Positions 30,790 through 38,638 of a stretch of 38,638 nucleotides of DNA are shown here, piece after piece. Each line of letters begins with the position of its first letter. The stretch's first letter is position 1. The translations under genes were made by a program, and so were the position numbers. The stretch lies in NCBI GenBank assembly GCA_002269645.1, contig NIVC01003118.1:1-38638 (forward strand), read 5' to 3'. The stretch is from Macrostomum lignano. Lineage: Eukaryota. The notes beneath the pieces were generated by a model, which was not told where the DNA came from, searched no databases, and was given only the letters and a program-made list of their open reading frames with translations.

Positions 30790-32160
30790 TGTTCCTCTCA
30801 CTACCCGCTCCTCTTCCTCACTGTTCCTCTTCCTCACTGTTCCTCTTCCTCACTGTTCCTCTTCCTCACTGTTCCTCTTCCTCACTGTTCCTCTTCCTCA
30901 CTGTTCCTCTTCCTCACTGTTCCTCTTCCTCACTGTTCCTCTCCCTATCCGCCCCCCCTTTCTCACTGTTCCTCTCCCTACCCGCCCCCCTTCCTCACTT
31001 TTCCTCTCCCTACCCGCTCCTCTTCCTCACTGTTCCTCTCCCTACCCGCTCCTCTTCCTCACTGTTCCTCTTCCTCACTGTTCCTCTTCCTCACTGTTCC
31101 TCTCCCTATCCGCCCCCCCTTTCTCACTGTTCCTCTCCCTACCCGCCCCCCCTTCCTCACTTTTCCTCTCCCTACCCGCTCCTCTTCCTCACTGTTCCTC
31201 TCCCTACCCGCTCCTCTTCCTCACTGTTCCTCTCCCTACCCGCTCCTCTTCCTCACTGTTCCACTCACTACCCGCTCCCCTTCCTACCTTTTCCTCTCCC
31301 TACCCGCTCCCCTTCCTACCTTTTCCTCTCCCTACCCGCTCCCTTCCTACCTGTTACTCTCCCTACCCGCTCCCCTTCCTACCTGTTCCTCTTCCTACCC
31401 GCTTCTCTTCCTCACTGTTCCTCTCCCTACCCGCCCCTTCCTCACTGTTCCTCTCCCTACCCGCTCCTCTTCCTCACTGTTCCTCTCCCTACCCGCTCCT
31501 CTTCCTCACTGTTCCTCTCCCTACCCGCTCCTCTTCCTCACTGTTCCTCTCCCTACCCGCTCCTCTTCCTCACTGTTCCTCTCCCTACCCGCTCCTCTTC
31601 CTCACTGTTCCTCTCCCTACCCGCCCCTTCCTCCCTGTTCCTCTCCCTACCCGCTCCCCTTCCTACCTTTTCCTCTCCCTACCCGCTCCCCTTCCTCACT
31701 GTTCCTCTCCCTACCCGCCCCTTCCTCACTGTTCCTCTCCCTACCCGCTCCCCTTCCTACCTTTTCCTCTTCCTACCCGCTCCTCTTCCTCACTGTTCCT
31801 CTTCCTCACTGTTCCTCTTCCTCACTGTTCCTCTCCCTACCCGCCCCTTCCTCACTGTTCCTCTCCCTACCCGCTTCCTTCATACCTGTTCCTCTCCCTA
31901 CCCGCTCCCCTTCATACCTTTTCCTCTCCCTACCCGCTTCCTTCATACCTGTTCCTCTCACTACCCGCTCCTCTTCCTCACTGTTCCTCTCCCTACCCGC
32001 TCCCTTCCTCACTGTTCCTCTCCCTACCCGCTTCCTTCATACCTGTTCCTCTCCCTACCCGCTCCCCTTCATACCTTTTCCTCTCCCTACCCGCTTCCTT
32101 CATACCTGTTCCTCTCACTACCCGCTCCTCTCCCTCAGTTCCTCTCCCTACCCGCTTCCT
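30790..32160. repeat. 16/32-bp pyrimidine-rich satellite (CACTGTTCCTCTCCCTACCCGCTCCTCTTCCT)n
   Basis: Tandem periodicity with a ~160-bp block duplication (marker at 30941 and 31101). Confidence 0.95.
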
Positions 32161-32239
32161 TTCCAGATTCTATCAACATTTCAGAAAAACTACACAGTAA
32201 AAGAGCAGACCAAAGCAAACAGTCAGCAGCTCAGCCCAC

Positions 32240-32472
32240 CTGCAGATAGGTGACATCGTTAAACCGCGGGTCAGACGGATCGTAGTCGCCAATCTCCGAC
32301 TGCACAACGTAACTGCCGAGCACTATATAGGTAGTAAACGAGCAGGGCAAAATGTCGGCCATAAGATTCTGGCGAATCTGCAGCGCCATGTAGTACCGGG
32401 TGAGATTGTCGCGCAGATTCTCCGGATCTGGCGGATAGAATTTCACCATGAACTCCAGCTTCCATTCGTTCT
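32240..32472 (-). CDS. EPB41: 4.1-family exon, FERM F1/F2 (FMVKFYPPDPENL...TRYYMALQIRQ...LPCSFTTYIVLGSYVVQSEIGDYDP)
   Basis: Diagnostic VKFYPPDP, LPCSF and LGSY..Q.E.GDYDP motifs; ctcag acceptor and gtgggc donor. Confidence 0.95.
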
Positions 32473-32589
32473 CTGAGCGATGGGGCGTTGACAGGCGTTT
32501 GAATCAGTATGGTTAACGATGAGTAATAGGGCTATATATGGACATATACGACTATAATTATTCTGTAAGGTTTGCAAGTGATTCTCTAG

Positions 32590-33180
32590 TGAGGCTTATA
32601 GACGATTCTCAGATAGGGCTTATAGGCGATTCCAAGATACTCGTAGGGCTTATAGGCGATTTCCAGATGGGGCTTATAGACGATTCCCAGATAGGGCTTA
32701 TAGACGATTTCCAGATAGGGCTTATAGGCGATTTCCAGATAGGGCTTATAGGCGATTTCCAGATAGGGCTTATAGACGATTCCCAGATAGGGCTTATAGA
32801 CGATTTCCAGATAGGGCTTATAGACGATTCCCAGATAGGGCTTATAGACGATTCCCAGATAGGGCTTATAGACGATTCCCAGATAGGGCTTATAGACGAT
32901 TCCCAGATAGGGCTTATAGACGATTCCCAGATAGGGCTTATAGACGATTCCCAGATAGGGCTTATAGACGATTCCCAGATAGGGCTTATAGACGATTCCC
33001 AGATAGGGCTTATAGACGATTCCCAGATAGGGCTTATAGACGATTCCCAGATAGGGCTTATAGACGATTCCCAGATAGGGCTTATAGACGATTCCCAGAT
33101 AGGGCTTATAGACGATTCCCAGATAGGGCTTATAGACGATTCCCAGATAGGGCTTATAGACGATTATCTTATAGGGCTTA
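32590..33180. repeat. 24-bp minisatellite (GATTCCCAGATAGGGCTTATAGAC)n
   Basis: About 24 copies. Confidence 0.96.
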
Positions 33181-33847
33181 CAAGCTTATCACGCAATTCT
33201 CCATCATAGACACACAAACGCAATATTATTAAGTACAACACTATTTCTGACAAGCACCTAACCATTATTCATCACCTGAACTCTAAGGCTTAAGGCAGGT
33301 GAAGACTAAGCAATTGAGATAAAAAATACATAAAATTTCCCCAAATCCTGGGCATAAATCGCATTAGGATCAGATGATGCGTCATCGCTGAACTTGAAAC
33401 CCCATTGCCAAGGGTATAGTAAATATCAGGTAAGAAGGCATTCGATTCCCCTATACCTACTACTGCTTTCGATCCTACCGCCGCCAGCCTAGTAACCATG
33501 GCAACAACAATATTGCGGTTTTGAAAAGGCCAAGAATTTGCCCCGCTCCCACTCAAGAGGATTTTTCTAATGAAATAATCGGATAGGGATATCCTTGAGG
33601 GAAGAAAATCAGGGGTTGGGGGCGAAATTCTGCTTCGAATCCTATCCACACCTGCCAAATGTTTTTGCGTAATGCGCTGCGGGCCCAGCTTCCCACAGCT
33701 CCATCATCTGCTGCAGCAGGTTTCCCGGAATATGGCTTCGCATCCGCACCGAATTCCGACTTTTTGAAGTTTATGGTTTTTATTGGAATTGTGCCTGCTT
33801 TTGTTAGACTCTGAACTTCGATAAGCTTGACACTAAGATATCGAAAA

Positions 33848-35400
33848 TTCACAAGCTCCATAATTCACAAGCGCGATAATTCACAAGCTCGATAATTCAC
33901 AAGCTTGATAATTCACAAGCTCGATAATTCACAAGCTTGATAATTCATAAGCTTGATAATTCACAAGCTCGATAATTCACAAGCTTGATAATTTACAAGC
34001 TCGATAATTCACAAGCTTGATAATTCATAAGCTTGATAATTCACAAGCTCGATAATTCACAAGCTCGATAATTCACAAGCTTGATAATTTATCACAAGCT
34101 CGATAATTCACAAGCTTGATAATTCACAAGCTCGATAATTTATCACAAGCTCGATAATTCACAAGCTCGATAATTCACAAGCGCGATAATTCACAATCTC
34201 GAAAATTCACAAGCTCCATAATTCACAAGCGCGATAATTCACAAGCTCGATAATTCACAAGCTCGATAATTTACAAGCTCGATAATTCACAAGCTTGATA
34301 ATTCACAAGCTTGATAATTTATCACAAGCTCGATAATTCACAAGCTTGATAATTCACAAGCTCGATAATTTATCACAAGCTCGATAATTCACAAGCTCGA
34401 TAATTCACAAGCGCGATAATTCACAAGCTCGATAACTCACAAGCTCGATAATTCACAAGCGCGATAATTCACAAGCTCGATAATTCACAAGCTTAATAAC
34501 TCACAAGCTCGATAATTCACAAGCTTGATAATTTACAAGCTCGATAATTCACAAGCTTGATAATTCACAAGCTCGATAATTTATCACAAGCTCGATAATT
34601 CACAAGCTCGATAATTCACAAGCGCGATAATTCACAAGCTCGATAATTCACAAGCTCGATAATTCACAAGCTCGATAATTCACGAGCGCGATAATTCTCA
34701 AGCGCGATGATTCACAAGCTCGATAATTCACAAGCTCGATAATTCACAAGCGCGATAATTGACAAGCTCGATAATTCACAAGCGCGATAATTCTCAAGCG
34801 CGATGATTCACAAGCGCGATAATTCACAAGCTCGATAATTCACGAGCGCGATAATTCTCAAGCGCGATGATTCACAAGCTCGATAATTCACAAGCTCGAT
34901 AATTCACAAGCGCGATAATTGACAAGCTCGATAATTCACAAGCGTGATAATTCTCAAGCGCGATGATTCACAAGCTCGATAATTCACAAGCTCGATAATT
35001 CACAAGCGCGATAATTGACAAGCTCGATAATTCACAAGCGCGATAATTCACAAGCTCGATAATTTATCACAAGCTCGATAATTCACAAGCTTGATAATTC
35101 ACAAGCTCGATAATTTATTACAAGCTCGATAATTCACAAGCTCGATAATTCACAAGCGCGATAATTCACAAGCTCGATAATTCACAAGCGCGATAATTCA
35201 CAAGCTTGATAATTTATCACAAGCTCGATAATTCACAAGCTTGATAATTCACAAGCTCGATAATTTATTACAAGCTCGATAATTCACAAGCTCGATAATT
35301 CAGAAGCGCGATAATTCACAAGCTCGATAATTCACAAGCTCGATAATTCACAAGCGCGATAATTCACAAGCTCGATAATTCATCACAAGCTCGATAATTC
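33848..35400. repeat. 16-bp satellite (TCACAAGCTCGATAAT)n
   Basis: About 95 copies with CTT/CGC variants and TTAT insertions. Confidence 0.97.
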
Positions 35401-35844
35401 ATTCAAAATACGACTAAAATAGACTAGTCGGGCTCAACTCTTTGAGATGGCAGACAACTTGTACAGTGCATCCCATAAATGAAGCATGAAACTGCATAGC
35501 AACTGGCTGGGCCGCTAGGATATGAGAGATATGTTCAAGTTACAGTGGGCCTAGGAGCACACAGTTCGAAATTCAAGTGGCGGAGAGGCTGCGCGAGGGT
35601 ACAAATTGCAGATTGCATACACCAGTGCCGAAAAGCTAACACTTAAAGATCAGCAAAGCAGGCCTCTTCTTTGCTTATACAAGCTATTCTACATGTGCAG
35701 TCACTCAGATAGCGTGAGAATCTTTGCCACCACCAGTTTTGCTACCGATGTCGCACTGTAAATTTACTATTTGCAGTTGTTGAAGTTATAAAATCCTTGA
35801 TTCCATGCGCGGCTACAATAAATTTTTGAGTCTTGTAGCTCGTA

Positions 35845-36440
<596 letters not shown>

Positions 36441-36911
36441 TAAGTTAGCTAATAATAGAACTAATATGGATTAGTCAAAAAGTCAATATCCGCTAATACT
36501 ATATAATCCTAAATGCATATGCTCATAAGCAAAATAAGCCATGTATTACGTGGCCCTGTGTGCGCGTGTCTAACTTGGCATTAGAAAGTGATGGATGCGG
36601 AATATGCATGCACCGCCATATCCATAAAGGAACTACTAAACTGAAGGGCTGCATCCACTAACTAGGCCAGATATGCGCGCCCCCACTGCATGGACCGCAC
36701 ACTATGTATACACAGGTCATGTAGGATTAGGCAGGGACTAATTAAAGGGGAAAATGCTAGCAGCGGAGAGGAAGGATCCTGATGGTGATGCCGTAAATGC
36801 GCCAAACTGAATCCCAGGTGACACACGTGGGTCCCAATGGAATTTTGCAAGCATTCGTAAACAGAAAAATGGGTTTTGAATAATAAAAGAAGGAAATGAC
36901 GAGCTGCTTAC

Positions 36912-36954
36912 TGCCAATCTGCTTGTTCAGCCGTCTGTCATTGTAGAGCCAGTG
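36912..36954 (-). CDS. EPB41: 4.1-family exon, end of FERM F1 lobe (HWLYNDRRLNKQIG)
   Basis: tttcag acceptor and gtaagc donor. 43 nt, phase 0 to 1; joins the next exon as A|AG (Lys) to give ...KQIGKNEWKLEFMVKFYPPDP, matching the WLD..K.I.KQ motif of band 4.1 proteins. Confidence 0.85.
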
Positions 36955-37179
36955 CTGAAAATTGGAAAAGCAAAAGAAGTGCTTTTAATAAATTAATATT
37001 TTATTGGGTGCGACAGCGTCAGTATATCTTTGAATATTTTACCCTGTAGAAGATATGCTTCACGATCGAATCTTAATAGGAATATTCTCGAATCTCAACC
37101 AGGAGATGCTCTAGTGTGTGAGGGAATTTCTTAGAGTTGTAAATCTCAGTGTACAATCTCATTGTAAATCTACAAACCT

Positions 37180-37972
37180 CAGCGTGGGGGGGTTTCCCAG
37201 AGTGGTAAATCCATGTGTGGGGGATTTCCCAGACTGGTAAATCTCCGTGTGGGGGAATTCCCCAGACTGGTAAATCTCCGTGTGGGGGAATTCCCCAGAC
37301 TGGTAAATCTCAGTGTGTGGGGGAATTCCCAGACTGGTAAATCTCCATGTGTGGGGAATTTCCCAGACTGGTAAATCTCCGTGTGGGGGAATTCCCCAGA
37401 CTGATAAACTTCAGTGTATGGGGGGGATTTCCCAAAGCGGTAAATCTCAGTGTGTGGGGGAATTTCCCAGACTGGTAAATCTCCGTGTGTGGGGGAATTT
37501 CCCAGACTGGTAAATCTCAGTGTGTGGGGGAATTTCGCAGACTGGTAAATCTCCGTGTGGGGGAATTCCCCAGACTGGTAAATCTCAGTGTGTGGGGGAA
37601 TTTCCCAGAGCGGTAAATCTCAGTGTGTGGGGGAATTTCCCAGAGCGGTAAATCTCAGTGTGTGGGGGAATTTTCCAGAGTGGTAAATCTCAGTGTGTGG
37701 GGAATTTCCCAGAGCGGTAAATCTCAGTGTGTATGGGGGATTTCCCAGAGCGGTAAATCTCAGTGTGTGGGGAATTTCCCAGAGCGGTAAATCTCAGTGT
37801 GTGGGAGAATTCCCAGAGCGGTAAATCTCAGTGTGTATGGGGGGATTTCCCAGAGCGGTAAATCTCAGTGTGTGGGGGAATTTCCCAGAGCGGTAAATCT
37901 CAGTGTGTGGGGGAATTTCCCAGAGCGGTAAATCTCAGTGTGTATGGGGGGATTTCCCAGAGTGGTAAATCT
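37180..37972. repeat. ~33-36 bp minisatellite (GGGGAATTTCCCAGASYGGTAAATCTCAGTGTGT)n
   Basis: About 23 copies. Confidence 0.95.
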
Positions 37973-38638
37973 TAGTGCCCGCTATCTGAAGCCCTGGGAA
38001 TCATCCAGCGAGCCAATGAATAACCCCCGGCAAACAATGGGCGAATCCCACCTACCAATATCCGGTCAGATTAATAATATTCCTCATCAACTCAAATTCT
38101 TTTTGAGCCCGCCCCCGCGCCACCTGACAGCCAATATAATTATCTCACACCTCTATTAGGCCAGAAAAATCCCACCAGGAAGTCAGCGTTGCTCGCGCTG
38201 GGCTTAAAAAATGCTCGAATAAAAAGGAAGAAAAACTGAGGCCAGGAAATATGTATATATATTTCCGCATATATATATATGCGGTCAGGGTCACGTGACC
38301 TGCAGCTGGGTTGGCCTCATCAGGGGAGATTGGGCGGCTTGAGGCAGAGTTTTGGGGGAGTTTTCCCGTAATTGGCAATCACGGTGGAGAAAGAGAGGAA
38401 TGGAAAAAAGTTCAAAAGAGGGGACCAGAGGGCAGTGGCGAGAGGGTTTCTCTGCTTCTTTCCTTCCCGCCAATGGCGCTCGTCAATCTATTATAGAACC
38501 AACTCCCAAAAATATCGCATTGAAAGTGCCGCCAGATCTGTCCGTTTCCTTTTTACAGTCCGTTTGCTCAGATAGAGGGAGATTATGTACTTTTGCATGG
38601 ACCAGAAATAAAAATTAATTTGGAAACCCGAGGGAGCG

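Noticed and set aside
975-32160. Hypothesis that intronic arrays are always oriented to hide splice-donor motifs on the antisense strand
   Set aside because: True for the 975, 7545, 8400 and 23050 arrays but contradicted by the 10412, 22130 and 30790 arrays, which carry GTGAG on the sense strand.
641-33209. Long periodic ORFs in the track (MNSL/THEL/MSEF, SEHSGTEV, IGLIDDSQ, GNGNSGI, REGRF, YSTRSL, PAYL etc.)
   Set aside because: They are translations of stop-free tandem arrays, open in several frames and on both strands, and lie inside introns or intergenic DNA. There is no splice or codon evidence for coding.
33200-33850. Unique GC-moderate segments (also 14870-15200, 30060-30790, 35400-35845, 36440-36900) as MITE/SINE/Helitron candidates
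   Set aside because: I could not identify terminal inverted repeats, TSDs, pol III boxes or coding motifs by eye; a genome-wide BLAST is needed.
36955-38638. Missing N-terminal FERM F1 exon(s) / start codon of the 4.1 gene
   Set aside because: No frame here encodes the expected LLD…KG..L…YFGL motifs; they are presumably upstream of the window.

Overview
Eukaryotic (metazoan, invertebrate-like) genomic DNA with GC-rich exons separated by introns largely filled with about 27 different mini/microsatellite arrays. This architecture resembles the flatworm Macrostomum lignano (inference, not verified). Most long entries in the ORF track are artefacts of these arrays. Reading splice sites by hand gives three real coding units. 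(1) A minus-strand multi-exon protein 4.1/coracle-family gene (at least 13 exons, 36954 down to 7291; the 5' end lies outside the window) with an unusual architecture: FERM, FA, two DDX1-type SPRY domains, His/acidic linker, 4.1-CTD-like tail. (2) A 5'-truncated R1/LOA-like non-LTR retrotransposon (15307-19481) with an intact APE-RT-RNaseH ORF2 and an exact 11-bp TSD, inserted antisense in an intron of gene 1. (3) A minus-strand 3-exon four-TM channel gene (3062-641) whose motifs align in register with vertebrate pannexins; it carries two -1 frameshifts, and its first two exons lie between inverted 12-mer arrays. Best leads: the FERM-SPRY-SPRY fusion, the pannexin-like channel, an intron whose donor and acceptor both appear to come from a 21-bp minisatellite, a 30-nt stop-codon exon, and target-sequence copies at the retroelement 5' junction. 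No CRISPR array, rRNA or tRNA was seen.
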